DNA from: Octopus vulgaris
Lineage: Eukaryota
Assembly: GCA_951406725.2 (NCBI GenBank)
Contig: OX597832.1
Span: forward strand, 49,042,001-49,106,000
Direction of reading: 5' to 3'
Length of the DNA: 64,000 nt
The translations under genes were made by a program, and so were the position numbers. A model generated the notes under the pieces. The model saw nothing but the letters and a program-made list of their open reading frames with translations, did not search any database and was not told the DNA's origin. Shown one piece after another: positions 38,243 to 52,345 of the stretch (the stretch's first letter is position 1; each line of letters begins with the position of its first letter).

Positions 38243-39134
38243 TGACCGATGCATCGTGCACGACTCAGTGTCAACAAGAATGCAGTGTTGACGCAAGAAA
38301 GGAGGCTTTACATTGTCTGCTAGAAGGTGCAGTCGTATCGCCCTCAACTGACAAAAAAAACCGAAGGGTATATGAGATAATGTAATCCAAAGCACATTAT
38401 TCATCGGGGAAAAAATACTGTTTGGTCAGATCTGGCCTAGCACGTGGCCTAAGTTGTAAGGGTTTAACGTTTCAGATCAAAGTTGTTTTCTTGTCTATCT
38501 CAGTGAAACCAGGTTAAGCTGTAGATCGAACGTCTTGAATATGGGCAGATTTGCACAAAAATATTAAACAGTTAAGAAATATCGATTATGTTGTGAAGTT
38601 TATGCCTTGGCAGTAAGCATTAATTACGTGAATGAACATAAATTTGCCACAGTGGTTTCTAGATATCAGAAACATCCCAACAAACGGGATGAGAACAAAA
38701 AAATAACGCGACGATTAGGGTGAGAACGAATTTAATCGTAGCTCTGTGTCAGTAACTAGATCAAGATCGACTTGCGGCTTAGAAAAAACGACAACAATAT
38801 GAACAATACAATATCACTGAACGTGTTGCATAATTTTCTCTCTTCCTTACACATATGAATACGCAGCATAAACTGTAGACAACGCTCAAACAAATAGACA
38901 TCGTCATGAGGACGCCCGTGGGAAAAAAGCAGCTGAATTTGAGAGTTAATTTCAACAGAGATGATATTTATACATAACAGCTTGTCTGGGTGTCAGAATG
39001 CTTGAACGTCTCACAGCTAGATGGAAGTTTAGTGCGTATAGTCTCTGTTGTCTGTATGTGAATATATATTCCCGATCATATTCAGTTTTTGTATATTCAA
39101 ACACATAAACATACACGTATGTTTGAGTATTCTT

Positions 39135-39360
39135 TTACTCTTGTACTCTTTTTACTTGTTTCAAGTCATTTGACTGTGGCCATGCTGCAGCAGCGCTTTA
39201 AGTCGAGCAAATCGACCCCCCAGGACTTATTCTTTGTAAGCCTGGTACTTATTCCATCGGTCTGTTTTGCCGAACCGAACCGCTCGGTCACGGGGACGTA
39301 AACACGCCAACGTCGGTTGTCAAGCGATGTTGGGGGAGACAAACACATACACACAAACAT
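39135..39360 (-). mobile_element. SINE group C tail
   Basis: ttttacttgtttcaagtcatttgactgtggccatgctg... Confidence 0.8.
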
Positions 39361-39376
39361 ATACACACACATACAT

Positions 39377-39449
<73 letters not shown>

Positions 39450-39454
39450 TACAT

Positions 39455-39492
<38 letters not shown>

Positions 39493-39497
<5 letters not shown>

Positions 39498-40035
39498 TAA
39501 TTCTAGGTGTGAATGCTTCACATGCGGCATGCAGCTGCTTTTGCGGAATCGAAACCCATTCCTGGCGCAGTTTTGTCTTCAAGGCGTCGAACAAAGCATG
39601 GGAAGTGCTCGGGACCCTCTTCTCCAAATTGAACCAAACAGAAAAATCCAAAGGGTTGAGATTAGGGCTCCTTGAGGGCCATACATCCTTGCTTATCAAC
39701 GACGGAACGTTTCTCTGAATCTAGCGTTATGTGTGTTTGGAGCCGAGGAATGGTGCCGAGTCCTGTTGGAGACTCCAAGGTGCGCCTTGAAAGTGCTCAT
39801 TCACCCATGATAGTAGCTCAGCTTCCAGAATGTCGCCAATATATCGCCGGGTCTTAATTTTAACACAAAACCTGGTGAGACATTCCAGTTGCTCTCACAG
39901 CCGCCCAAACCATAACTGACTGTGGATTTTGACGTCGATTTACGAGTCTACCTTTGACAGAGCCAGATACACTCTAAAGTCGGTTATTCTGGTGGTTTAC
40001 TCTCTGTTCGACGTGAAATTTCTTTTCGGGGAAGG
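39493..40035 (-). mobile_element. DD37D (maT-type) transposase remnant
   Basis: SVMVWAAV, QQDSAP and [16 protein letters not shown], with 37 codons between the second and third Asp. In-frame stops present. Confidence 0.85.
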
Positions 40036-40039
40036 GTTC

Positions 40040-40250
<211 letters not shown>

Positions 40251-40319
40251 TGATAAAATCCTTCGAGTGTGTGAAAGCATTGCTTTCATCTTACCATTGA
40301 CAGCAAATTAAAGTACCTA

Positions 40320-40548
40320 TTTCTTCATTGCCCATAAAGGGCTAAACCCAGAGGGGACAAACAAGGACAGACTAACGGATTAAGTCGATTACATCGACCC
40401 CAGTGCGTAACTGGTACTTAATTTATCGACCCCGAAAGGATGAAAGGCAAAGTCGACCTCGGCGGAATTTGAACTCAGAACATAGCGGCAGACGAAATAC
40501 CGCTAAGCATTTTGCCCGGCGTGCTAACGATTCTGCCAGCTCGCCGCC
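40320..40548 (-). mobile_element. SINE group B monomer
   Basis: Full head and tail; flanking direct repeat caaattaaag. Confidence 0.9.
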
Positions 40549-40576
40549 GTAACAAATTAAAGCACCAATCATGTGT

Positions 40577-40959
40577 GTGGAAGCAATCCGTCGGTTACGA
40601 CGATGAGGGTTCCGGTTGATCCGATCAACGGAACAACCTGCTCGTGAAATTAACGTGTAAGTGGCTGAGCACTCCACAGACACGTGTACCCTTAACGTAG
40701 TTCTCGGGGATATTCAGCGTGACACAGAGAGTGACAAGGCCGGCCCTTTGAAATACAGGTACAACAGAAACAGGAAGTAAGAGTGAGAGAAAGTTGTGGT
40801 TAAAGAGTACAGCAGGGATCACCACCATCCCTGCCGGAGCCTCGTGGAGCTTTAGGTGTTTTCGCTCAATAAACACTCACAACGCCCGGTCTGAGAATCG
40901 AAATCGCGATCCTACGACCGCGAGTCCGCTGCTCTAACCACTGGGCCATTGCGCCTCCA
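40577..40959 (-). mobile_element. SINE group A, tail type a
   Basis: TSD caccaatcatgt. Confidence 0.9.
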
Positions 40960-41403
40960 CACCAATCATGTAAAGGAGTTGATTTAATCGGCTAACTCCC
41001 TCCTCAAAAATTTAACCCCCTTGACCCTATACTAAGAACAATTCGTATTTTGTAGGGTATGCGTATTGTATGTTATGCAGAGAGTTTTGTTATCTGAGCA
41101 GTGCTATTGAATTGAAAATGTTTATTGTTTTGACTTGTATGTTATTAGTTGCATTATCATACTAAGCAGACGTAGCGAAATACCAGTTGCACTAAATATC
41201 CTTATTTTTAGTTTTCTTAAAGAAAAAGAAAATATAAAATGAAGAACAAAAAAATTATGTAAAATGCTGAGCTGCAAAGATAGATGTAGTAAGTATAAAA
41301 ACCAACAGTTCATATATTATGCATATATATATATATATAGTTAATCCAAACAAGAAAACACAAAAAAACAAACAAAAACACAACAACGCGAGGACGTGGA
41401 ACA

Positions 41404-41492
<89 letters not shown>

Positions 41493-41827
41493 CATATATA
41501 TATATGTATTTATATATATATACATACACATATATATATACATACATATATATATATGCACACATATATATGCATATTATATATATATACTTATATATAT
41601 ATATGTGTATGTGTATGTGTATATATATATATATACAAGTATATATATATATATATACATGTATGTATATATATATATGTGTGTATATATATATATGTAT
41701 ATACATATACATATAAGCATTCACACACGCACACATACATATATAAATATACATATGCACGTTTGTATAACGTTTCGTCATTTAATACAATGAAAACAGT
41801 CACAAACTAACTTTTCTGTAAACTATC

Positions 41828-41894
<67 letters not shown>

Positions 41895-41931
41895 CTCTTT
41901 CTCTTTCTCTATACATATATATATATACTAC

Positions 41932-42030
<99 letters not shown>

Positions 42031-42067
42031 CTACAGATATATATACACATGTATATATACTACAAAT

Positions 42068-42121
<54 letters not shown>

Positions 42122-42982
42122 GAAACAATAAACACAAAAGAAAACACTATACCAGAAACATCATACGAAAACGATACCAAAAAATAACACACACGTCTCT
42201 AGATAGAATAACAATATTTTTCTTTCTCTATGAGAAAATATCCTATAATACGATATACTGTACAAGATACTATTTTGATAGTGTGTTTAGCAGTAAAAGT
42301 GGTTAAATCTGTCGTTGCTTTTGTTGTTCTGTAGCCCAGGGTCAATGCTTTTTTGCGCTGAGCCATGAAAACGATTCTTCGATGATTTTGTTTCCTCGTC
42401 TACCTCGGACTACTCCTATTTCGTGTAAGCCGGTATAGACTGATTTTAAGTAGATCTGCCAGCTAGGTTTTATCGTAGATGCTCCTACGGCACTGAGTAT
42501 TGTTTCAAATTTCGGTTCAAGGCCAGAATTTTAGGGGGAGGGGGCAAGGAGATTACATCAACCCCACTATTCAACAGGTACTTATTTTATCGATCCCCAA
42601 AAGAATGAAAGGCAAGGTCGACCTCGGCAAAATTTTAACTCACAATGTAAAATTGGATGAAAAGCCACTGAGCAGTTTGCACGGCGTTCCAACGATTCTG
42701 GCAGCTCACAGCTTTACACGTACTACTAATGTACACAAAGCGTTTAAATTTGTGTTACACTCGATTGCCACCTCCGTTAGTCGAATTCTTCACATCTGCT
42801 TAGTGAGTGAACCTTTCGGTGCTGGCTTGGTCAACTAGAAATAGCAACCAAATCTGCTCCCTATCTTTCAATAAGAGTATGTTAGGTAATGTAGTTCGTG
42901 ATTTGCAAAATGCGAAATGATCACTGCCGAAACGTATTTAAGCGTAGATCTGTTGGATCAGATTTTGCTCGTGGTGAAATAA

Positions 42983-43505
42983 GGAGTGGCTGTGTGGTAA
43001 GTAGCTTGCTTACGAACCACATGGTTCCGGGTTCAGTCCCACAACATCCTTATCAGACGGGTAGTGTTCCTCTCTAATGCATCCTCTACTAATGGGAACA
43101 TTGATCGGGCAGATGTCTTTAAACCTTTGACATCGCGACAGAGTTGACTCTGTTAAAGGCTTAAAGGCACAGAAAGACCTTGGGCAAGTGTCTTCTACTA
43201 TAGCCTCGGGCCGACCAAAGCCTTGTGAGTGGATTTGGTACACGGAAACTGAAAGAAGCCCATCGTATATGTATATATGTGTGAGTGTGTGTGTGTATGT
43301 GTGTGTTTGTCCCCCCCCCCACAACATCGCTTGACAACCGATGGTGGTGTGTTTATTCCCACGTTACCTAGCGGTTCCGCAAAAGAGATCCGATAGAATA
43401 AGTACTAGGCTTACAAAGAATAAGTCCTGGGTGTCGATTTGTTCGACTAAAGGCAGTGCTCCAGCATGGCCACATTCAAATAACTGAAATAAAAGAGTAA
43501 AAGAG
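42983..43505 (+). mobile_element. SINE group C interrupted by a 135-bp templated insertion
   Basis: Head gttcagtcccac | insert 43045-43179 | ttgggcaagtgtc. Confidence 0.9.
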
Positions 43506-44229
43506 AATCGGTTTTGCTTCGCTGAAATAGAGGACTTCTGGAACCGTGTGGCGATTAGTATTAAACTTATTGCATTATTTCATTTCGTATCTCACATCTT
43601 CACTTCGAAGCCTTTACTTTTCTTAGTAACCAATTCTTTCTAATTTTGCAACAAGGCCAGCAATTTTGAGAGTAAGAGTCTGACGATACCATCACTAGAT
43701 ATTACTTTACTCTATCGACCCAGAGAGGATGAAAAATAAAATTCATTCGATGGGATTTGAACTTGGAGCACATACCTGGAATGCTAACTCGACAACTTTG
43801 AACTTTTTTAGAAAGAAAAGAATGCTGAAAATCATGATAAATCAATGATTCCCTTATTTCGTTCAGCATCCTCCAACAACTTTCATTGATGAACCTTTTG
43901 AGCGGAATGGGATACTCGTCCTGAAGAAAATGCTAAATGGGTCCCACCCTCAAGGTCATGCGCTGTTTATCTTGATATGAGAACACCACGTCATGCACAT
44001 ATGGTTGTGATGCATGTGCTTGGTGCATCCTTATCAGACGGGTAGTGTTTTCCTCTTCAGTGCATCCTCTACTAATGGGAACATTGAGCGGGCAGATGTC
44101 TTTAAACCTTTGACATCGCGACAGAGTTGACACTGTTAAAGGCTTAAAGGCACAGAAAGACCGAGTGAAGGTATGAAACAACGCCATTCATATATCTCAA
44201 GTTTCTATTTGAACTTAAACTGCAAAGTT

Positions 44230-44585
44230 CTTGACGGGCCGCTTCCATCTGTCCTTCTGCAACGGCACTTGCGGTGGTTTGGCCATGCATGTAGGCGTCC
44301 GGTGGGTGAACTGAGCCGTGATGTCCTTCTCCCAACTCCACTTCCCAACTGGCGGAAACGCGCGGGCGGGCAGCTGAAGACCTGGGTTACGATGATCAAG
44401 GAGGACCTCTCCGTGCTCACGGGACCGCAAGTGGTCGGCCTGCGCCGATGGAGCCGTGACTGGTTCACCATCTCCAGTGAACTGGGGCAGGACCGTCGTG
44501 CGTGGGCTGCCATGGTTCGAGATGCCTCGAAGGTGGTAGGAGAGGCCGACTCAACCCGCCCAGGGTGAATGTCGTCACAAGTAAG
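44230..44585 (+). mobile_element. RTE-clade LINE 3' end (second, GC-rich family)
   Basis: LRWFGHACRRPVGEL...WRKRAGGQLKTW...QDRRAWAAMVRDA..STRPG*, then a short caagtaag tail. Confidence 0.85.
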
Positions 44586-44859
44586 AAAGTTCTTGAACAA
44601 ACACGAGAAGTCATCCTGTTTGGATTCCGTCCTATGATCTATTATTTTCGTGACTCTTACATGATTTTATCGAACGTGGAAGCGTGAAGATTTCTGGTTT
44701 AACTCAGAAGTATTTGGACTCAGAAAGAAAACAGCCTGAATGAATATAGCAAGACCTTTAGTCCGCCTGCTCTAACGATTCTGCCACTCCAATCCTTTCG
44801 TGTACTTGTTTGTGTATATGAGCATCTTTGTATATTGTGCATCTGTATATGTACGTGCG

Positions 44860-45160
44860 TGGAGGCACAATAGCCCAATGGTTAGGGCAGCGGACTCGCT
44901 GTCGGAGAATCACAGTTTCAATCCCTAGACCGGGCATTGTGTGTGTTTATTGAGTGAAAACACCCAAAGCTCCGACAGGGCGTGGTGGCGACCCCTGTTG
45001 TACTCTTTCGCCCCAACTTTCTCTTTCTCCCACCCTTTCTTCCTGTTTCTTGTGGAACGCTGCGATGGACTGGCGTCCCGTCCAGTCGGGGGGAACACAT
45101 GCGCCAAAGAAACCGGGAAACCGGGCCCATGAACCTGGATAGGCTTGAAAATGGCGCATA
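44860..45160 (+). mobile_element. SINE group A, tail type d (V-domain-like)
   Basis: Group A head, then gctgcgatggactggcgtcccgtccag...gggcccatg; same tail as 1396-1500. Confidence 0.85.
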
Positions 45161-45693
45161 ACAAAAATATTTACGTGCGCGCTCGCTGCGTTATGTGCTT
45201 GACGGCATGCATCTGACAAGAACAAGCTGGACACGACGCAAGAAAAAATCAGTTTAGGTTTCTGAGTTGTTCTTGGGTAAAGTTACTCAGATTACACTGA
45301 CGATGCATCATCGTATTTTTATTTTCTTGTTGTTTTTTGTTTTTACTTTCAGCAATAAAAAGTGAAGGATTTATATTGTTTTCTGTTTTAAAAGAAGCAG
45401 CAAACAACGTGGCTAGGCATATGTTGCTTTTACGGTCGCACCACACAACCCGGAGCAAACGCTTGTTGATCACATGTGGCGCCATCATTCTTGCATCAAA
45501 GGCAACTAGACGACAGCCTAGATTAGCGAACGCACACACGCACACACACACACATACACACACACATATATAAATATATATATTTATGCACACACACACA
45601 TACACTGTTATCTTAGCTAAAAGGGCGATATATATATGTAGATAAATTTATATGTAGCGAGAGAGGGATATATATATATATATATATAAAATA

Positions 45694-45731
<38 letters not shown>

Positions 45732-46160
45732 AGTATATATACACGCACACACAGGTAGGTATAATGAGTGCATAGTTTTACTTACGTTTGTATTTCTTAA
45801 CATATGTAAACACTAAACAAGAAAACCCATAAACATAGGTAATGTATCAAAAATATTTCAGAGAAGTCAATATATAACTTCTCTGAAATATTTTTCACTA
45901 AACAATTTTTGATTTATATAGAAAATTAAATTGAAGTTGACGCATATTTCTGCAAAATTCGAAAAAAAATTAAAAGAAACTCTGTATCCAAGGTGTCACA
46001 GTTACTGTTATGCAAACTAGACAGAGCAATTAGCTAAATTCGGGGTTTGTATTTACTATAAATAGCGATTATCTACATGGGACAAAGATAGGTATTCCTA
46101 TTCTGGTGGATGTCTAATGATATATAAGAAATCGGTTCAATTTATGCATGTTTTACTGGC

Positions 46161-46229
<69 letters not shown>

Positions 46230-46233
<4 letters not shown>

Positions 46234-46428
46234 CTCAAGTTTTAAAACAAACATAATTTTCGTACGTTTTTTTTAGGCATTCACTTGTACAACACTAAGT
46301 ACAAAACCAAATATATGGCACACTAGGCATAACACCAACATGAACTTCCAGCTAGTTGTCTCTTGAGGTCTGTGGGTGACACTTGGAGCCAGTTTGTGCA
46401 AATGTAATGCAAAAGTCAAACATAGAAT
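46230..46428 (+). mobile_element. Probable Dong/R4-like retroelement 3' end inside (AAT)n
   Basis: Unique block embedded between two (AAT)n tracts. Dong-type elements are known to target (TAA)n; assignment is by context and resemblance. Confidence 0.45.
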
Positions 46429-46648
46429 AATAATAATAATAATAATAATAATAAACTTTATTGTTTAACCACACCGCTTTTTACCATAATCTGGCTGGAA
46501 TTGTATGTTTCTTAAAATGATATATGTAAATACGCTAAGTTACTCCAAATCATTGTGTAGTGTATTATATTAGTGCAACACTTAGATCGATCGATCGATC
46601 GATAGATAGATAGATAGAAAGATAGATAGATGGATAGATAGATAGATG

Positions 46649-46706
<58 letters not shown>

Positions 46707-46905
46707 GAGTGAGAGAGAGATTAATGCACACATAGACACCAAAAGATTCTTGTGCAAGGCAACATGCAGTGGGATTGAACCATACGTAACCCACAGTACG
46801 AATATATAGGTGTGTATATATACATATATATATATACGTTTGCATATATAATTATGTATATGCATACATATACATACATATATATTTATACATATATATA
46901 CATAT

Positions 46906-46967
<62 letters not shown>

Positions 46968-46969
<2 letters not shown>

Positions 46970-47148
46970 AGAGTTTACGAAAAAAACAAAAGACGAAGAC
47001 AGGTGGTGTACAAAACAAACAGATGTATTAGTATAACGCTCAGGAATAGAAAAAGTATTTTACGTTTCGAGCCTACGCTTTCAACAGAAAGGTACACAGA
47101 AAAAAAACAAGGAGAGAAAAAATGTGTGTGGTGGCTAACGATCTATCA
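46968..47148 (-). mobile_element. Mini-element family B with hammerhead variant at 47058-47091
   Basis: cttt-CTGTTGA-aagc-gtag-gctc-GAAACGTA-aaa. Next to (TA)n. Confidence 0.75.
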
Positions 47149-47366
47149 TATATATGTTGTTCGTCTCCATTTTTCATCCAAAATGGAGACGAAAACTATT
47201 CCTACATATGATCGGCTTGACAATTTTTTTGAGATATTGTGATATTCTTCTTAACATGAAACAAATGGTAACCTAAATAAACACACACAGACGCACACAC
47301 ACAAATATAGATAGATAGATAATACATATATATTCATACCCACATGTATAAGTATATATATATATC

Positions 47367-47418
<52 letters not shown>

Positions 47419-48521
47419 TTTGTGGGAGGTGAGTGTATACTTGTGTGTAAATATGAAACTAGATAAAAATAGGTAGTTTGAGAGTGTGGGTGTTGTATTA
47501 CAATTTATTTTAGTTTAGTTAACTAGGAATGTATGCGTACGACTTGTGTTTCAACTACGTCAAAACGGTATCAAACACTACATGACGTCAAAGTTAAACG
47601 GAATGTTTCGATACTGAATGAAATTTTCTTTGCTAAGATCAACATTTCAGTAATTATACTGTGGTGGTTTGTCACTAAACTATTCGCTAACGCTGCTAAA
47701 ATAACATTGTGTTGGACAGCAGCAACAAGAACAGTGATTTCAATAGAAATATCAAGAAAGTTTTCACACAGTTGTTTGACCTGCTGGAAGAATGTAATCA
47801 ACATCGCCCTTAAATCACACCCTACCCTCTCATAAGAAGAAGACTGCTTTGTAGCAGCACTTGATTCCGGATTAAGGGCTCACTGTACAGTATTCTGGGC
47901 AAGTTTCCTTCTACTGTAGACCCGTGGCGACAAATGACTTGTGAGTGGGTTTATTAAATAGAGACCAGAACCCCGTAAACCGGAATCCCTGTGTGTGCGT
48001 GCGCGCGCATCTCTGTGTGTATGTATGCATCTCTTGTGTGTATGTGTCCCTCATCCTCACTTGATAACCAGCGTTGGTTTGTTTACGTCCGCGTAAGAAA
48101 ACAGTTTAGCAAACGAAACCGATCGAATAAGTACCAGGCTAAACCGTTCGGGGATGTACCCCAGAGTCCTGTAATTGAAACAAAAGTTTAAAAAATACAC
48201 GATCTATTCTTACATAAATCAAAAATTAGATAGATAGTGAGCAACCAAACGAGATAGCTATGGATGGAGTGTCTTTTATCATTGGACCAGCTCAATTAAG
48301 TCAGTGATGAGCTGGGACTATATATCGGCAAAAATAACAAAGATTATGATGTAGCTCATGACAATTTCATAAACGGGGCTACGTGGTAAGAAGCTTGCTT
48401 CCCAACCACATGGTTCCCAGTTCAGTCCGACTGCATGGCACTTCTACTATAACCTTGGGCCGAATAAAGCCTTGTGAGGGAATTTGGTTGATGGAAACTG
48501 AAAGAAGCCGGTCGTGTATTT

Positions 48522-48554
<33 letters not shown>

Positions 48555-48735
48555 CAATCAAAGCAATTAAGATTCAAGTAACTTCCAATGAATTTACTTG
48601 AATGTGGTACTTAATTTAGATGCACCAGAAAAACTATATGGTGTTATCCATACAGTAATGTGGGGTGATTATAAACGAGAAAGAAGCAACAAGAATGGAT
48701 TGTACTAAAAACTAATCCATTCTTGTTGCTTCTTT

Positions 48736-48777
<42 letters not shown>

Positions 48778-49683
48778 TTTATGTGTGTGTATGTATGTGT
48801 GTCTTTGTGACTGCGTTTGTCCCCAAGCACCGCTTAACAACCGGTGTTGGTGTGTTTGCGTCCCTGTACCTTATCATTTCGTCAAAAGAACCCGATAGGA
48901 AAGTATCAGATTTCAGAAAACAAATAAATAAAAATAAATAAATAAATAAAAATTCAAGTCGTTACCCCAGCTTGGTCGCAGTCTAATGACTGAAACATTA
49001 TTACCAACAAAGGGGAAGTAATCAATTGAAATTACGAGAGTATATTAAGTTATCAACGCTTGTTTAAACCACAGGGCTTTCGTCAGCTTGAAATAAAGCA
49101 CTCCCTAATTAGTTTCCACTTCATACACATGTTTTTTTTTCGAATCACTGCCGGATGTAAGCCCCAATACATCGTTACCGAATTATCTATGCCTGTTGTG
49201 ATTCTAGCTGTATGTGGTACCTAAGTGTAGGTTGGACAGGATGCACACATCCCAGAATTATTAATCCTGGTCAATGGAACCCAGGCAGAGTAGGAACTCG
49301 AAGAGACTGCAGTTTTTTTGTTTGTTTGTTTTTTTTTTTGATTTGGCGTTCTAAGAATTTTGCCAATTTACGATCCTGGATTGATTTATTTAAAAGCTAG
49401 CCCGAATTTATGAAAAGCAAAGTTGAACTCGCCTTGACTTGGACACAAAGCGAGATGAACCGATGTGAAAACAGCGAGGTATTGTATCCGACGTTATCTC
49501 AATTTTAACAGTTTTCCGCCATTGACTAGTTTCGACTGCCATTAAGCACTCATCAGGGATCGCTTTACGCACTCATCCAAGGTTTGGAAGTTAAGAAGCA
49601 TAATTAGTGATTAAATTGCGTTATACCGTGATATCATTTATATTTTCCATAAACATATCTATGTTCCTATGTGCAAACGCTCA

Positions 49684-49716
49684 CTGATGAGTCTTCTGTG
49701 TAATACGAAACTAGTC
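49684..49716 (+). ncRNA. Hammerhead core remnant
   Basis: CTGATGA-gt..ac-GAA-actagt-C. Palindromic stem III and GUC site, but no stem I. Confidence 0.45.
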
Positions 49717-49806
49717 ACTTCGCTATTCATTACAACCTGCCAAATGCAATTTTACTTTTAATCGCGGTGATTATTTTCACAACGTAACTAAATGTTCGTA
49801 CGTTGT

Positions 49807-49974
49807 AGGCGCAGGCGTAGCTGTGTGGTAAGAAGCATGCTTCCCAGCCACATGGCTCCGAGTTCAATCTCTCTGCGTGGCATCTTGGGCAAGAGTCTTC
49901 TAGTATAGCCTCGGGCCGACCAAAGCCTTGTAAGTGGATTTGTTTGACGAGAATTGAAAGAAGCCTGCCGTATA

Positions 49975-49975
<1 letters not shown>
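49807..49975 (+). mobile_element. SINE group C head
   Basis: aggcgcaggcgtagctgtgtggtaagaagc...cttgggcaag... Confidence 0.8.
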
Positions 49976-50032
<57 letters not shown>

Positions 50033-50034
<2 letters not shown>

Positions 50035-50276
50035 CATTACGTTGTATAATTAGGTTCAGTAAAATAATTTACTTTACCACACACTGAACTTTTAGAAATA
50101 GCAACCAAAAAATCTTAGCTATTTCTTCTACTATAAGAAAAATCTCCCAGACAATGTATGGGAGATTTTTCTTATAGTAGAAGAAATAGCTAAGATTTTT
50201 TGGTTGCTATTTCTAAAAGTTCAGTGTGTGGAAAAGTAAATTATTTTACTGAACCCTAATTATATAACGTAATGTT
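50033..50276. repeat. Near-perfect palindrome with ~117-bp arms
   Basis: aacattacgttgtataattagg...atctccca / tgggagat...cctaattatataacgtaatgtt; loop about 9 nt. Confidence 0.95.
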
Positions 50277-50369
50277 TTAAATATACCTCAAATGGTCCTT
50301 TTACATACTGAGCACAACTTGGTAAAATTACTTAATAATTAATTGATTTTACCCTTTTATTATTGATAT

Positions 50370-50452
<83 letters not shown>

Positions 50453-50950
50453 TACGTAAAATATATAGGGTGGCAAATATTTTTAGAAATTTCACCACCA
50501 GTGGCCTTGGATGTATAAAAAATCAATAGACAACATATTCTCATTATAAAAAAGTGTACATTTAAACACAAGAGAAAACTACCTTTAACAGGTAATTTTT
50601 ACATGCTAGAAGAAGCAGTCGAAACGACCAAGACCACATTTAAGGGCAGTTTTCAAAGGGAATGAAAAATAAAAACTTTTTCCTTGATATTTTTTTAAGG
50701 TTATTTTTTAAAGGTAGTTTTCTCTTGTGTATATATGTACACTATTATATATATATATTGTATGGATTCGACGCCATTTTATCCAGGAATCAAATGATTA
50801 CAGAAAACGGGAGGCTTTATATATTTGCTACACTTATAAATCGACTGGAAGCCTATGTACGTACACACACACACATGCACACACACACACACACACACAT
50901 ACACATACAAATGTGTTAAGTAGATATGTAGGAAGACGGACAGAAAGAAT

Positions 50951-51031
<81 letters not shown>

Positions 51032-51742
51032 GGATAGATTGGTAAGTGTATGCGCAGATACATATCGACATGAAAGATGAGAAGCGTTAGAATCCAGGGA
51101 TACAGTGTTTATGCCTGAATATGTTTATGTATATAATGTCTGGAGATTTGATGACTCTTCAATGTTTATTTTTGATAAAAACAAAACAACTAACAATAGA
51201 CTACGATAGGAATTGAATTATTTGATAGGATTCCAAGTTACCACACAGAACATTCAATGTTGATATTACAATCACAGATGATGCACTCGTAAATTCATTT
51301 AACTGTTGTTAATCAGATAATTATTTTCGCCAAAACGTTTTGATTCAGCAACCAGTATGATGGATATCCAAATATGTTTGAACCCATTTTTTCTGCGAAA
51401 GACGATATTATCCTCAGTGAAAGAGAAGCAAATTATGAAGGAAATGTAAAGAATATTTGTTTTCAATTAACCAATGTTACTAATAGATTATCATAAGGCC
51501 ACAGAATCGTTAGGAAGTCAGAAATAATTTGCGTTATTTGTTCAGGGTTTTTAATCTCTAAGTTCAAATCTCACCGAGGTCAACCGTTACTTTCATCTTT
51601 TCCAGGTCCATAAAATAAATTAACAGGCTAGTTCTGGGGCGGAAGGTATCGAAATACCAGCCCCACCCTTAAAGTTATTGGCTTTCTTCCAAAATTAAAA
51701 GCAGTTATAAGGGTGGCAATTTCGTAGAAACGGAGCGACGGA

Positions 51743-52305
51743 AGGCGGCGTGAAGGCAGAAACGTTAGCGCGCCGGGCGAAATGCTTAGCGGTATTTCTT
51801 CTGCCGTTACATTCTGAGTTCAAATTCCGCCGAAGTCGACTTTACCTTTCATCCTTTCGGGGTCGATTAAATAAGTATCAGTTAAACACTGGGGTCGATA
51901 TAATCGACTTAATCCGTATATCTGTCCTTCTTTGTCCTCTCTGTGTTTAGCCCCTTGTGGGTAGTAAAGAAATAGGTATTTCGTCTGCTGTTACGTTCTG
52001 AGTTCAAATTCCGCCGAGGTCGACTTTGCCTTTCATCCTTTCGGGGTCGATTAAATAAGTACCAGTTACGCACTGGGGTCGATATAATCGACTTAAACCG
52101 TTTGTCTGTCCTTGTTTGTCCTCTCTGTGTTTAGCCCCTTGTGGGTAGTAAAGAAATAGGTATTTTCTCTGTCTTCAAATTCCACTGAGGTTGACTTTGC
52201 CTTTTATCCTTTCAGGATTGATAAATTAAGTACCAGTTACGCACTAGGTTCCATCTAATCGACTGGGCCCTCTCCACAAAAATTTCGGGCTTTGTGCCTA
52301 GAGTA
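51743..52305 (+). mobile_element. SINE group B trimer (184-bp period)
   Basis: gtattt unit starts at 51792, 51976 and 52160. The last unit ends in the alternative gtgcctagagtag tail. Confidence 0.9.
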
Positions 52306-52345
52306 GTTTGCATTTGTGTATATTTGGTTAGTTTTTCGTGTTTAA

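Noticed and set aside
47533-47835. 100-aa non-repetitive ORF
   Set aside because: No recognisable motif, overlapped by a similar-length antisense ORF, and its end runs into a degraded repeat.
49055-49090. Minus-strand CTGACGA-aagcc..ggttt-aaac hammerhead-like motif
   Set aside because: Catalytic G12 is missing and there is no stem I or III; at best a dead remnant.
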